Shown one piece after another: positions 28,738 to 38,115 of a DNA stretch of 64,000 bases (positions within the stretch are counted from its first letter, which is position 1; each line of letters begins with the position of its first letter). The DNA is from Candidatus Sumerlaeaceae bacterium. GTDB lineage: Bacteria; Sumerlaeota; Sumerlaeia; Sumerlaeales; Sumerlaeaceae. The notes under the pieces were generated by a model, which was not told the origin of the DNA, did no database searches, and worked only from the letters and a program-made list of their open reading frames with translations. The stretch covers positions 1 to 64,000 of the forward strand of contig JBPCLP010000017.1 in the NCBI GenBank assembly GCA_051003195.1, given 5' to 3'. The translations under genes and the position numbers were made by a program.

Positions 28738-30681
28738 ATGGCCGGGCGATCAACCAAATCGCGAAAAACGTATCGGTGTCGGGCTGTTCATTTATTGCTG
28801 GTGTTCGGCGTAGTACGCCTGGCGCTGTGTGCCGACGGCGCGAAGGAGTTTCACGGTCAGCAGTTCAGCGGCCGTGGCGATTTGGAATATCTGCAACTGC
28901 TCGATATTGCCGCGCGTATGCTCCAGCCCGATCCCGAGTTCCAGAATCTCTCCATGCTTTACACGCCGGAGTGGAACGGGCTGGTGGAGGGTCCTACCTG
29001 GAACAGCTGGTGGATTCAGAACAGTTACGGCACAACGTATTGCGCGCTGCCGTTTTTGCAGGAGCCATTTCTGACCTTCCTTCAGAACTCGCACGACCAG
29101 TGGTTCGACCAGATGGGCGACGGCAAACGTGCGGGCGAGCATGGCTGGGTGGCGCCTGATGGGTGCCTGTGCGACTGCGCGCGGCCGGGGCAGGTGATTT
29201 ATAAGCAGGGCGATGGCCGCATCGACATTCACGACTGGGCGATGGAGTTCACCGCGGCCGGCATTCTGCTGCAGAGCGAGCTGCTGCTGATCGGGCGTGA
29301 TCCGCAGGCGATTGCGAAATACCTGCCGAAGCTCGAGCGCTCGGCCGCGTTTATCGAGACACGGCGGGATTCGAATGACCTGTTCCTGGCGGGTCCGGCA
29401 GCCAACCTGCTGGCGCCTAGCTACGCAGGTTGGAAACGGCCGGACGGCACTTACGGTAAGGCGTGGCTGACCGGTTTGTCGGTCACCTACATCGCGGCGC
29501 TCGAACGACTGAGTGAACTGTGCGTGCTCGCCGGCGATAGGACGAAAGCATCGAAGTACCGCGAGCTGCAGCAGCGCGCGCAAAAGGCGTTGGCGCACGT
29601 TCAGCAGCCGGAGGGATATTTTATCCGCTCGCTTGACCCTGACGGAACGCGCCACGGTGCATACGGTGCGGCTCGCCATGGGTACTTTGAGGCGTCGCCC
29701 AACCACGATGCGATTGCGTTTCGCGTGGTAAGAGATGCGCAGGCTGAGCAGATTTTGAAAACCATCGAATCGATCCCCGGACTGCGGCCGCACCACGCCA
29801 TCATCGCGAACTATCCGGCTTACGACGACATGTATACGACGTCCGAGAACATCTGGACATTTGGTACATGGGTGAACGGCGGGCACTGGTCGACCTGTGA
29901 AGCGCGCATGGTGCTGGCGTACTACAGGACGGGCCGTTTTGCGGACGCGCGAAAATCGATGGAGCACATCCTCGGGTTTGCGCGGCGCTTTCGGTTGGAT
30001 AACCCGCTGACCAAATTCGGGTCCGACCTTTATCAGCCCCAACAGCCGATCAATTTATGTTATGATTCTTTTGGCCCGCCAATGGCCTTTCTGCGCGGCC
30101 TGTTCGAGACCCTGTACACGGCTCGCGGTGTGACAGTGTTGCCGCATGTGCCTCCAGGCATTACCGAGCTGGAGCAGCGCCTTCCGGTGCGCCTGGGAGC
30201 AAAGCGCATTTACCTGCACACGGTTGGCAGTGGGACGATCACCGCGGTGGAAGTGAACGGAACCCCGTGGCGGGATTTCACGAGCGCGTCCATTGACCTG
30301 CGGTACGACGCCCTGCCGGAGAACGCCAGGGTCCTGGTTCGTATGGGCGGTAGCATGCAGGCGCCGATGCCATCGCCCGCGCAGAATCGATTCTCGCCGG
30401 GCAGTGGGGACTCCATGACGAGTCCGTCTCTTGCGGAACAGCGGCGCAAGCTGGCTGGGCGCATTGAAGAACTTGAACGGGCAGGTGCGGGTTCAGGTTA
30501 CAAGTCCGCCCATGCGCGGCTCGCCGTCGCCGCAATCGATGCCTATACGTCGCGCACGCTGCTGCTTCATGCGAACGCGTTGCCGGCTCTTCCAGAACAC
30601 ACTCATTCTGCCGCTCTGCAATCTTACTTAGACACCGCCGCAAAACTTTCTGACGGTCTTGAGAAGTACGGGAGTAATTAG
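28738..30681 (+). CDS. Secreted glycoside hydrolase-like protein (probable six-hairpin alpha/alpha barrel)
   Basis: Basic N-region plus hydrophobic signal from ATG 28738; Trp/Tyr-rich helical core with WVNGGHW, ARMVLAYYRTG and FLRGLF...VLPHVP, typical of (alpha/alpha)6 glycosidase C-termini; family not assignable by eye. Confidence 0.6.
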   Translation: MAGRSTKSRKTYRCRAVHLLLVFGVVRLALCADGAKEFHGQQFSGRGDLEYLQLLDIAARMLQPDPEFQNLSMLYTPEWNGLVEGPTWNSWWIQNSYGTTYCALPFLQEPFLTFLQNSHDQWFDQMGDGKRAGEHGWVAPDGCLCDCARPGQVIYKQGDGRIDIHDWAMEFTAAGILLQSELLLIGRDPQAIAKYLPKLERSAAFIETRRDSNDLFLAGPAANLLAPSYAGWKRPDGTYGKAWLTGLSVTYIAALERLSELCVLAGDRTKASKYRELQQRAQKALAHVQQPEGYFIRSLDPDGTRHGAYGAARHGYFEASPNHDAIAFRVVRDAQAEQILKTIESIPGLRPHHAIIANYPAYDDMYTTSENIWTFGTWVNGGHWSTCEARMVLAYYRTGRFADARKSMEHILGFARRFRLDNPLTKFGSDLYQPQQPINLCYDSFGPPMAFLRGLFETLYTARGVTVLPHVPPGITELEQRLPVRLGAKRIYLHTVGSGTITAVEVNGTPWRDFTSASIDLRYDALPENARVLVRMGGSMQAPMPSPAQNRFSPGSGDSMTSPSLAEQRRKLAGRIEELERAGAGSGYKSAHARLAVAAIDAYTSRTLLLHANALPALPEHTHSAALQSYLDTAAKLSDGLEKYGSN

Positions 30682-30696
30682 AATAAAGGTGGTGTA

Positions 30697-30771
30697 GGCA
30701 GAGTGGCTCGACTCTAAGGTTGGCAGAGTGGCTCGGCTCTAAGGATGACAGAGCGGCTCGGCTCTAAGGAT
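30697..30771. repeat. Three tandem 25-bp units, each with a small hairpin (REP-like)
   Basis: GGCAGAGTGGCTCGACTCTAAGGTT / GGCAGAGTGGCTCGGCTCTAAGGAT / GACAGAGCGGCTCGGCTCTAAGGAT, located between convergent genes. Confidence 0.9.
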
Positions 30772-30901
30772 CGGTACCGCGACCGTTAGGGAGTGCCCGA
30801 TGCCTAACACTCGCAAACCAGCCAGGCGGGATGGAACTTGCTCGTAACGCGGCACGACGATTCTCGCTTTACTGAGGGGCCGGAGAGAGCGCCAAATAGG
30901 C

Positions 30902-32848
30902 TTAATACCACTTCTCTGCGCAGACGACCAGCTCGCCGGCGGGATTGCCTTCGGAAAGCGAATCGATGTTAAGCTGCGCCCTGGCGGTTGTCCAGCCCCG
31001 GCTGTCAGCCGTATACCGGATGATAAATGCCTCGCGCGGCATGACGACGTCGGCTTCCACGGCAAGTGGGCCAGGCTCGGTGTTGGGCTCGCTGCCAGGA
31101 GGTGGCTCGATGATCGCGGCGGCTCCGGCATCATACAACAGGGACTTGAACGCGGGGTCGCGAAATGCAGCCGTGCGGTACGCGCGCCAGATGTTCTGCT
31201 CTCCAGCGGCGGCTTCCGGCGTGACGCGAACATTGTGCAGCACCCGCATTGCTTTCAGCTTCTCCGCCAGCCCAAGGAGCTCCAGCGGACTCAAATTGTC
31301 GCCCCCGTGACTCGACTGGATGCGCAACTTCGCGCGGTACTCGGTTGAGGTAGTGCTCGGCGTTTCTTCCGCAAAGACTTCGCAGTTCCAGTTCTCAATG
31401 CCAGTGCGGCCATGTATTGCCCGTATGAGGCCCAACAGCCGCGGCAAGTTACTCTTGTTCACGGGCACCATTTCACAATGAAGGGGACCATAGGGAAACT
31501 TTCCTGGCGTTATCAGCAGTTGCGCGGTGTCCTGCGTCGAAGTTGTCGTCTGAGTTTCAGGCACCTTGGCGAGGTATTGGGGCACAAGCTCCTCGATATT
31601 GGTGGGCCAGCGTTCGCGATCAGCCTTAAACTGCTGCGCCGCACAAGCTGCTCTCAGCGCCTGGCGATATGTTTCGACTGCCCGCAGCTCTGTATACAAA
31701 TTCTCGCCATTCCGCAGCTGCAGCAGGAAACCATACGTGTACAACGCCGCCATTTCGGGTGGTACGCCTGTCATTAGATTTTCTAATTTCATGCGTGGCG
31801 GCAGGAGGTTGGGCTCGGTGCGGACTACGCGTTTGAACTGAGCGGCGAGCGCCGGAACTTCTGTCCACGGGTGCATCGCAAAAATTCCGCCAGGTGTGTA
31901 GGGATTGGCAGTTGGCATCAGGGCGAGTTGCCCTGCCTGCGGCCCCTGGATCCGCGTTGCAGCCGCAGTAACAGCTTTCGCCCAGCGTACATTATCAGGG
32001 CTTGTGAAATGCTGTGCATCCTGCGCAAGGTACCACACGGCATTTGAAACATATTGCTGGTTAACCAGACCTGTCAGGGTAAAACGCATAATAGCGGACT
32101 GCAGCGAGCCCTCGTTCCACAACACCCAGGACTGATCGAAGAAGGTGGAAAGTGCGGCGACCGCGTTGATGCTGGAAAAGTCGAGCTGCTCGATGCTTGC
32201 GCCCAGTGAATCCGATCCAGCCCGGTGCAGAAGATCCTCGGCCATTGCGATGGCCTGGCCGCGCGCGTACATTGCCCCCCAACCGGAGAATGCGGTATTT
32301 ATGAACGGGTCGCACGTGCGAGCCGATGAAGCCAGGTAATTCAGCGCGCTCGTAGTTTGTCCTTCGGCGATCGCTTTCCAGGCGAGTTGCCGTGAGAACT
32401 GCGACAGATAGTTAAGGTTCGGCCAGATGTTTGAGAAGAGATTGCTTTGTTCGGCAGATTTGGTGAAAAGTTGGCCGGTGTCGAATGAAGCTTGCTGCGC
32501 CAGTTTCCCATAGGACTCGACTCGTGATCCGAATTCCTCATTCGCCTTTTCAACGACCTGCCGCAGCGCCTGCAGGTACATCAGCTCGCCTGATTCAAGC
32601 TGCAGCAAGCCGATGGTGCGCAGGCGTGTTGCTTGCGCCGGTTCCAATATGAGAAGCCGCTGGATCTCCGCGGTAGCGTCCGGCTTGTCGGACGGGTGAT
32701 AGTGCTGCTTTATATTTTCACCGATGCGCGGGAAGTTCTCGACCACCGGCATGCGCGGGAAGCTGACAACAATGATCGGCGCGAGAGGCAGCGAGCACAG
32801 CATCAACACCCACGTGCTGCGTTTTTCCAGGAAGCGTAATGTTTTCAT
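30902..32848 (-). CDS. Membrane-anchored hypothetical protein, last gene of the YtrA-ABC operon
   Basis: N-terminal TM helix; GGAG RBS; internal motif ACAAQQFKADRERWPTNIEELVPQYLAKVP. Confidence 0.75.
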   Translation of the reverse strand: MKTLRFLEKRSTWVLMLCSLPLAPIIVVSFPRMPVVENFPRIGENIKQHYHPSDKPDATAEIQRLLILEPAQATRLRTIGLLQLESGELMYLQALRQVVEKANEEFGSRVESYGKLAQQASFDTGQLFTKSAEQSNLFSNIWPNLNYLSQFSRQLAWKAIAEGQTTSALNYLASSARTCDPFINTAFSGWGAMYARGQAIAMAEDLLHRAGSDSLGASIEQLDFSSINAVAALSTFFDQSWVLWNEGSLQSAIMRFTLTGLVNQQYVSNAVWYLAQDAQHFTSPDNVRWAKAVTAAATRIQGPQAGQLALMPTANPYTPGGIFAMHPWTEVPALAAQFKRVVRTEPNLLPPRMKLENLMTGVPPEMAALYTYGFLLQLRNGENLYTELRAVETYRQALRAACAAQQFKADRERWPTNIEELVPQYLAKVPETQTTTSTQDTAQLLITPGKFPYGPLHCEMVPVNKSNLPRLLGLIRAIHGRTGIENWNCEVFAEETPSTTSTEYRAKLRIQSSHGGDNLSPLELLGLAEKLKAMRVLHNVRVTPEAAAGEQNIWRAYRTAAFRDPAFKSLLYDAGAAAIIEPPPGSEPNTEPGPLAVEADVVMPREAFIIRYTADSRGWTTARAQLNIDSLSEGNPAGELVVCAEKWY

Positions 32849-32860
32849 TGTCGCGTCTCC

Positions 32861-34552
32861 TCAGCGGACAAACAGCATTGTGATAAGCTGCGCGGGAACG
32901 GTGTTGATGAGGAAAGCTCCCCAGACAATCAGCACGACGAACAGTACGAGGCTGATGGAACCGCGCGTGCGTTCCGCAGTCTCAAGCAGTCGCGTTCGGC
33001 AGAAGCCAAGGTACGACACCAGCACCGGCAGGCCGACTACGATCAGCATGATCCAGAGCGCGTACAGTAGTGGGGCGAAGCCCATCCAGGTATCATATAG
33101 CCGTGGCGGACTCCGATAACCCAGTGTATGCGCATAGCCCACCCAACTTTGAGCGGCCACCAGCGCCCATGCGAATACCACCATGCAGGAGAACACTGTC
33201 GCAATGAGCCGGCTCTTGTAGAACAAACGGAACATCGCGCCACAGCTCATCAGCGCACCTAAGACGCCCAGCGTGAACAGTGGCATCTCCAGCGGGAAGG
33301 ACTCAATGCGCCAGCCGTTCTCCAGAAATTTGGAGATCGCGATGAAGCTGAACCCAACGAGGCAGCTAAGATAAATGGCCAGGAGTGCCACGCCCGCGGC
33401 TGCGATACGTGGCCAGAAGATGCGCTGGCGAGTGATGGGCAAAGTGTACACTGCAAATCGCGGTGACACGCGTTCTTCGGGCAGCCATAGTCCGCTGCCG
33501 ATGAGTGCGACTGTTACGGGAACACCAAACATCAGCATGAGGTATAAATTGGGGGCATTGTCAGCTTCGACCTTCGTGAGTGCATTCACACCAGGCGTAA
33601 TCGCGCAGACGACGCATAGCAGCGTGACCGGCAAACGCAACAGGTAGCGGTGCGGCGGATCAAACGGCACCCTGGTGTGGCGTGTTCTGCGGTACTGGAG
33701 GAAACTCGTGATTCGCTGCCACCACGGGCTGGACGCTTCGACCCGTGCGGCGGCATCGGCGCGATAGGTGTGGGTGTGCCGGAACATTCGCGGATATGCA
33801 GCAACCATCAGCAGGGTCCAGACGGCGAGGCTGACGCCGTTGATCAGCATGATGGTCTGATCGGTATGGTTTTTCCGGACGAAGAGCTTGCCGACTGTTA
33901 CGAGGTAGGTGCAGTAGACGAGTATTCCCAGGATTGCGGACGGCGCCAGGTTCTGAAACAGGAATCCACAGGCGAGACCGGTCACGAGCAGGCTAATGCA
34001 CCGCAGTAGGGTTATGGGTCCGCTGCTGTGAAAATCGAGTGCTACGGAGAAAAGTTGAATTTTGTCTCGAACGAGCGAACGAAGCAACGCGAATCCGTTA
34101 TCGCTTAACCATCCCATGAGCAGCGCCGCCACTATGGTCCATATCAGCAGCATCACGGCGCCTACGGCAAACTTGTGCATGAAGTGCTGCATGCGCGAGC
34201 AGGGTAGTGTATCCAGGAACGATAACGTCCGGTTTTCGACTTCATCCGCGCTGAGCACCAGCCCGAAAACAAACGCGCTGGTGATAAGGAGGGCAAGGTA
34301 AATGGAGGCCGCGTTCTCCTGGAGTTTCTGCATCGGCGGGGTGGCATTGCGGCCGTCGAAGAGCTCGGCGAGCCACGGCAGGTACACCGCGAAACACGAC
34401 GCCAGGATCATCGTGACGACGATTTTGAAATGGTGCAGCAGGTCCTTGGCGAAAACGCCGCCGGAACGAAGCAGGGGAGCTTGAGCAGGCATCGGAATGC
34501 GTTTATCCCAGATGCTGCCTGCGGGTACGGGAGCTGAGCTTGTCTCAGGCAT
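32861..34552 (-). CDS. ABC-2-type permease with two fused repeats
   Basis: About 12 hydrophobic segments; duplicated signature DEVENRTLSFLDTLPCSR / EERVSPRFAVYTLPITR. Confidence 0.85.
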   Translation of the reverse strand: MPETSSAPVPAGSIWDKRIPMPAQAPLLRSGGVFAKDLLHHFKIVVTMILASCFAVYLPWLAELFDGRNATPPMQKLQENAASIYLALLITSAFVFGLVLSADEVENRTLSFLDTLPCSRMQHFMHKFAVGAVMLLIWTIVAALLMGWLSDNGFALLRSLVRDKIQLFSVALDFHSSGPITLLRCISLLVTGLACGFLFQNLAPSAILGILVYCTYLVTVGKLFVRKNHTDQTIMLINGVSLAVWTLLMVAAYPRMFRHTHTYRADAAARVEASSPWWQRITSFLQYRRTRHTRVPFDPPHRYLLRLPVTLLCVVCAITPGVNALTKVEADNAPNLYLMLMFGVPVTVALIGSGLWLPEERVSPRFAVYTLPITRQRIFWPRIAAAGVALLAIYLSCLVGFSFIAISKFLENGWRIESFPLEMPLFTLGVLGALMSCGAMFRLFYKSRLIATVFSCMVVFAWALVAAQSWVGYAHTLGYRSPPRLYDTWMGFAPLLYALWIMLIVVGLPVLVSYLGFCRTRLLETAERTRGSISLVLFVVLIVWGAFLINTVPAQLITMLFVR

Positions 34553-34582
34553 GAGCGCACTGCCTTACGTTCGAGCATAGCC

Positions 34583-35533
34583 TCATAGCACTTCGCCTCG
34601 TCCTGCGAGTTCGACGAAGGCTTCTTCGAGCGAGAGATCTTCGATTGTGATGCGCGACGCACCGAACTGTTGAAGCTGGCTAGCCGTGGTCTCGGTAAAA
34701 TGGTCGAGGACAAGAATGAGTTCGCGCCCGTCCATTTGTGTTCGAATAGTATCCGGCATTTCAATTTTTTCCGGTGGGGTATCGGCGTAGGTCAGTCGCA
34801 CGCGTTTAATCTGCGCCAGTAATTCATCCACGCGTTGCGTTCGGACAAGCGAACCCGCCTTGAGAATTGCGACGTGGTCGACGATGCCACTGATTTCGTG
34901 GATCAGGTGCGAGCTGATAAGCACGGTGCGATCGCCTTCCATAAACTCGGCGAGAAGTCCTTCGATGAACTGTCGGCGCGCGACCGGGTCCAGGCCGAGC
35001 GTCGGTTCATCGAGGAGCAGCAGGTCCGGGTTGAATGCGAGTGCGAGAGTCAGTGCCACCTTTGCGCGCTGGCCTTTACTGAGCGTGCCGACGCGTTGCA
35101 TCTTTGGCAGATCGAAAACCTGGAGCAGGTGCGCGGCGCGGGTGTCGTCCCATTCCCGTTTGCGATAGTGTGCAACAAACGCGAGCGTTTCCTCGACGGT
35201 CATCCACTCGTAGAAGCTGGGTGTATCGGGCACATATCCGACTCGGCGTTTGATCGCAATGTCGTCGGCAACCGGATCGAGCCCGAGCACACTTGCCCAC
35301 CCTGCTGTTGGGCTAAGCATCCCCATGAGCATTCGTATCGTTGTGGATTTGCCGGCGCCGTTGAGGCCGAGAAAACCAAACACCGAGCCTTTGGGTACCT
35401 GGAGATCGAGGTGATCCACTGCCCATTGTTTGCCGAAGCGGTGGCTCAACTGGAAGGTTTGGATCGCAAAGCGCGTTGCATCACCGCCGCTCAGATCCAT
35501 GTTCCGCGGTTGCACTTCTATCGTGGCGCTCAT
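34583..35533 (-). CDS. ABC transporter ATP-binding protein
   Basis: GLNGAGKST, LSKGQ, LLLLDEPT, SSH. Confidence 0.96.
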   Translation of the reverse strand: MSATIEVQPRNMDLSGGDATRFAIQTFQLSHRFGKQWAVDHLDLQVPKGSVFGFLGLNGAGKSTTIRMLMGMLSPTAGWASVLGLDPVADDIAIKRRVGYVPDTPSFYEWMTVEETLAFVAHYRKREWDDTRAAHLLQVFDLPKMQRVGTLSKGQRAKVALTLALAFNPDLLLLDEPTLGLDPVARRQFIEGLLAEFMEGDRTVLISSHLIHEISGIVDHVAILKAGSLVRTQRVDELLAQIKRVRLTYADTPPEKIEMPDTIRTQMDGRELILVLDHFTETTASQLQQFGASRITIEDLSLEEAFVELAGRGEVL

Positions 35534-35961
35534 GCTTCGCCTCCTTTGCCTGAATCGTGTTTGCGTGCTGGCGCCGCTCCGTTTGGATAAATCGTCTCCA
35601 TGCGTTCGCTGAAGATCGTGAGCACCTGCTCGCGCGAGAGTCCGAACAGTTTGGCCTGCGAGAGCAACTCATCGAGCGAGGCCTGCAACTGTTTGCGCTG
35701 AACTGTTCGGGTGAGCTGGCTGCCGCGATCGCTGACGAAGGTGCCCTGGCCGGCACGAGTGTAGAGTACTCCCTCGCGTTCGAGTTCGCTGTAAACGCGG
35801 GCTACGGTGTTGCGGTTGACGCGTACCTGTACCGCGACGTCGCGCACGGGTGGAAGCCGGTCACCTGGAAGAAGACGCCCGGACGCGATGGCAAACTTCA
35901 CCTGGTCTACGAGCTGCTGGTAGACAGGTTTAGCGCCGGCGAGATCGACTTGGAAGAGCAT
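35530..35961 (-). CDS. GntR-family (YtrA subfamily) transcriptional regulator
   Basis: PVYQQL...GDRLPPVR..A....VNRNTVARVY.ELEREG...GQGTFV with a short helical C-terminus; upstream of ABC genes. Confidence 0.95.
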   Translation of the reverse strand: MLFQVDLAGAKPVYQQLVDQVKFAIASGRLLPGDRLPPVRDVAVQVRVNRNTVARVYSELEREGVLYTRAGQGTFVSDRGSQLTRTVQRKQLQASLDELLSQAKLFGLSREQVLTIFSERMETIYPNGAAPARKHDSGKGGEA

Positions 35962-35968
35962 TTGCACA

Positions 35969-35991
35969 TTGTCCTAGTAACATTAGGACAA
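35969..35991. promoter_or_regulatory. Probable YtrA operator palindrome TTGTCCTA-N7-TAGGACAA
   Basis: Perfect 8-bp inverted repeat 7 nt upstream of the regulator's ATG, resembling YtrA-subfamily operator architecture. Confidence 0.75.
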
Positions 35992-36074
35992 CAGGTGCAA
36001 GTGAAAAGTATAGATTTTTACACTTACGGCAAAGTAGTAAGGAAGTAAGGAATTCTGTTTAGAAGGATTGAGCT

Positions 36075-36311
36075 ATGCTGGCCAAGCTGACATCGAAAAA
36101 TCAGATCACCATACCCAAGGCGATTATTGAGTCTATAGGCTCCTCAGAGTACTATGAAGTCCGGACGGAAGACGGCAGCATTTTACTTACCCCGGTCAAC
36201 CCTCGCGGCGCGGCGAGTGTACGCACTAAACTCGAAAAGCTCGGCATTAGCGAGTCGGATATCCACTCAGCGGTGAAATGGGCGCGGGGCAAGCAAAACA
36301 CTCGAAAGTGA
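36075..36311 (+). CDS. AbrB/MazE/SpoVT-family antitoxin
   Basis: MLAKLTSKNQITIPKAI...DGSILLTPV; stop overlaps the PIN gene start (GTGA). Confidence 0.9.
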   Translation: MLAKLTSKNQITIPKAIIESIGSSEYYEVRTEDGSILLTPVNPRGAASVRTKLEKLGISESDIHSAVKWARGKQNTRK

Positions 36312-36718
36312 AAGTGGTGTTTGACACAAATTGTGTTGTTTCCGCGCTGGTCTTTAAGGGGCGCTTGTCCTGGCTGCGCAGCGCCTGGCAAAGCGGCCAG
36401 ATCATCCCACTCGTGAGCCGCCCTTGTGCTGATGAGCTGATCCGCGTTTTATATTATCCGAAGTTCAAACTGTTGCCGGCAGATGTCGAGTTGTTACTGG
36501 CAGAATACCTGCCGTTTGCAGAGGTTGTAAAACTTCCGCCGCGCTTACCGCGGGTTCCACACTGCCGGGACAGGTCGGACGAAATATTTCCAGTGGCAGC
36601 TGTGGTCGGTGGTGCAGACTATGTTGTGAGCGGCGACCCGGATTTGCGCGTGCTGAAAAACAAGTTTCGAATTTCCGTAGTTTCGCCTGAAGAATTCCGC
36701 GAGGTCTTACAGCTGTAA
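36308..36718 (+). CDS. PIN-domain toxin (VapC-like)
   Basis: VKVVFDTNCVVSAL, EL..VL.YPKF, CRDRSD, ADYVVSGDPDL; GTG at 36308. Confidence 0.9.
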   Translation: MKVVFDTNCVVSALVFKGRLSWLRSAWQSGQIIPLVSRPCADELIRVLYYPKFKLLPADVELLLAEYLPFAEVVKLPPRLPRVPHCRDRSDEIFPVAAVVGGADYVVSGDPDLRVLKNKFRISVVSPEEFREVLQL

Positions 36719-36755
36719 TTGCTGGCCCGCACCTGGCCAGCAATGGTCTAAACCT

Positions 36756-36794
36756 GAAAAAGCCCCGCGTCGCCGCGGGGCCTTGTACTTTTTT
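36756..36794. terminator. Intrinsic terminator between the convergent PIN toxin and rpsB
   Basis: GCCCCGCG-tcgc-CGCGGGGC stem preceded by an A run (U tract on the minus strand) and followed by a T-rich stretch. Confidence 0.85.
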
Positions 36795-36814
36795 ACTCGT
36801 CTACTTTTGTACTT

Positions 36815-37792
36815 TTAAACGTTGTCTGCCTGCAAACCGATTTCATCGGGCTGCGCACCAACGAGTACTACATCGGGCTGGTCACCCTTGGCAGGGCTGA
36901 CTTCCGTCTCTGCAACTGGCACACCGCTGTCCGCTTCGACAGCCACTTCGCCTGCCGCAGCATCGACTTCGCCCGTATCACCGAAGTAATTAATCTCTTC
37001 TTCGTCTTCAGTACCGACAACGTCGCGGTATTTCTTCTCAAGGCTTTCAATGTCGACGCCGAGTGTGGCGCTTGGAATTTCAGCCTGCAGTGCAAGGCCG
37101 CTGTCGGCGCGGGCCTGGAGACCCTCGGCGACGCTCTCGGCCATCTTCTGGCTGATCAGCTTCACGGCGCGGATGGCGTCATCGTTTCCGGGGATCACCC
37201 AATCGATGACGTCGGGATCGCAGTTGGTGTCGACGATCGCCACGATTGGAATCTTCAGCTTCTTTGCTTCCTTAACGGCGATCTCTTCCTTGTGCGGATC
37301 CACAATGAAGATGACGCCGGGCAGCTGATCCATTTTCTTTACGCCGCCGAGATTCTTCTCGAGCGACTGGCGCTCCTTGAGCAGCATCGACTGTTCTTTT
37401 TTAGTATAGTGGGCGATGGTGCCATCGGCTTCCATTCGCTCAATTTCGATCATGCGCAGTACAGAGCGGCGCACGGTGCGGAAGTTCGTGAGCATTCCGC
37501 CAAGCCAGCGGTTGTTTACATAGTACATGTTGCAGTCGCGGGCAGCCTCGAAAATCGAGTCCTTCGCCTGCTTCTTGGTCCCAACGAAGAGAACCGTCTT
37601 TCCATCTGCAACGGCGTCGCGCACAAACTTGCAGGCGTCGCGCATCATCTTGAGCGTTTTCTTGAGATCGATGATGTAGATCCCATTGCGCTCGGTGTAG
37701 ATGTAGGTTTTCATCTTGGGGTTCCACCGGCGGCTCTGGTGACCAAAGTGGACACCGGCCTCCAGCAGCTGCTTCATCGTGATATTTACCAC
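36815..37792 (-). CDS. rpsB: 30S ribosomal protein S2 with an acidic C-terminal extension
   Basis: [34 protein letters not shown]...[10 protein letters not shown]. Confidence 0.98.
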   Translation of the reverse strand: MVNITMKQLLEAGVHFGHQSRRWNPKMKTYIYTERNGIYIIDLKKTLKMMRDACKFVRDAVADGKTVLFVGTKKQAKDSIFEAARDCNMYYVNNRWLGGMLTNFRTVRRSVLRMIEIERMEADGTIAHYTKKEQSMLLKERQSLEKNLGGVKKMDQLPGVIFIVDPHKEEIAVKEAKKLKIPIVAIVDTNCDPDVIDWVIPGNDDAIRAVKLISQKMAESVAEGLQARADSGLALQAEIPSATLGVDIESLEKKYRDVVGTEDEEEINYFGDTGEVDAAAGEVAVEADSGVPVAETEVSPAKGDQPDVVLVGAQPDEIGLQADNV

Positions 37793-37812
37793 GTTTGCTG
37801 CCTCCGTACGAT

Positions 37813-37908
37813 TTGGTTTTACCTCCGCTGGACTTCGTCTCGACGTCGGTCCCTCGGCTCATTACGAGATGGGGGCACCCCGATGTCGAATCCATCCGGC
37901 GTGTGTAA
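37813..37908 (-). promoter_or_regulatory. S2 (rpsB) autoregulatory leader RNA
   Basis: Minus strand reads ACACACG...CGACAUCGGGGUGCCCCC...GGACCGACGUCG...CGGAGGUAAAACC, matching the ACACAC / GGGUGC / GGAGG-AACC elements of the known rpsB leader. Confidence 0.8.
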
Positions 37909-37984
37909 TCCGGCGGCTGGGCGCGAGGGCGCAGCTACCGGTGATGCCAATTAGGGATGCAGCGAATGGTTATTCAGCCAGTTG

Positions 37985-38057
37985 TAGCCGCAAAGAAGCA
38001 CAAAACGCACAAAATTGCAGACGTCATTTTTGTTCAATTTGCGCTTTTATGTGGCTA
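37985..38057. repeat. Imperfect ~30-bp inverted repeat element
   Basis: Left arm TAGCCGCAAAGAAGCACAAAACGCACAAAA; right arm reverse-complemented TAGCCACATAAAAGCGCAAATTGAACAAAA. Confidence 0.75.
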
Positions 38058-38115
38058 TATGCAGATGTCCTTTTGCAGGTGTCGCACCAGCATAGTTTGA
38101 TCGTGAGGGCTAATC

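Noticed and set aside
28792..30042. 416-aa minus ORF
   Set aside because: Antisense shadow of the glycosidase-like gene.
30697..30771. Possible CRISPR array
   Set aside because: Units are directly adjacent with no spacers, and no cas genes are present.
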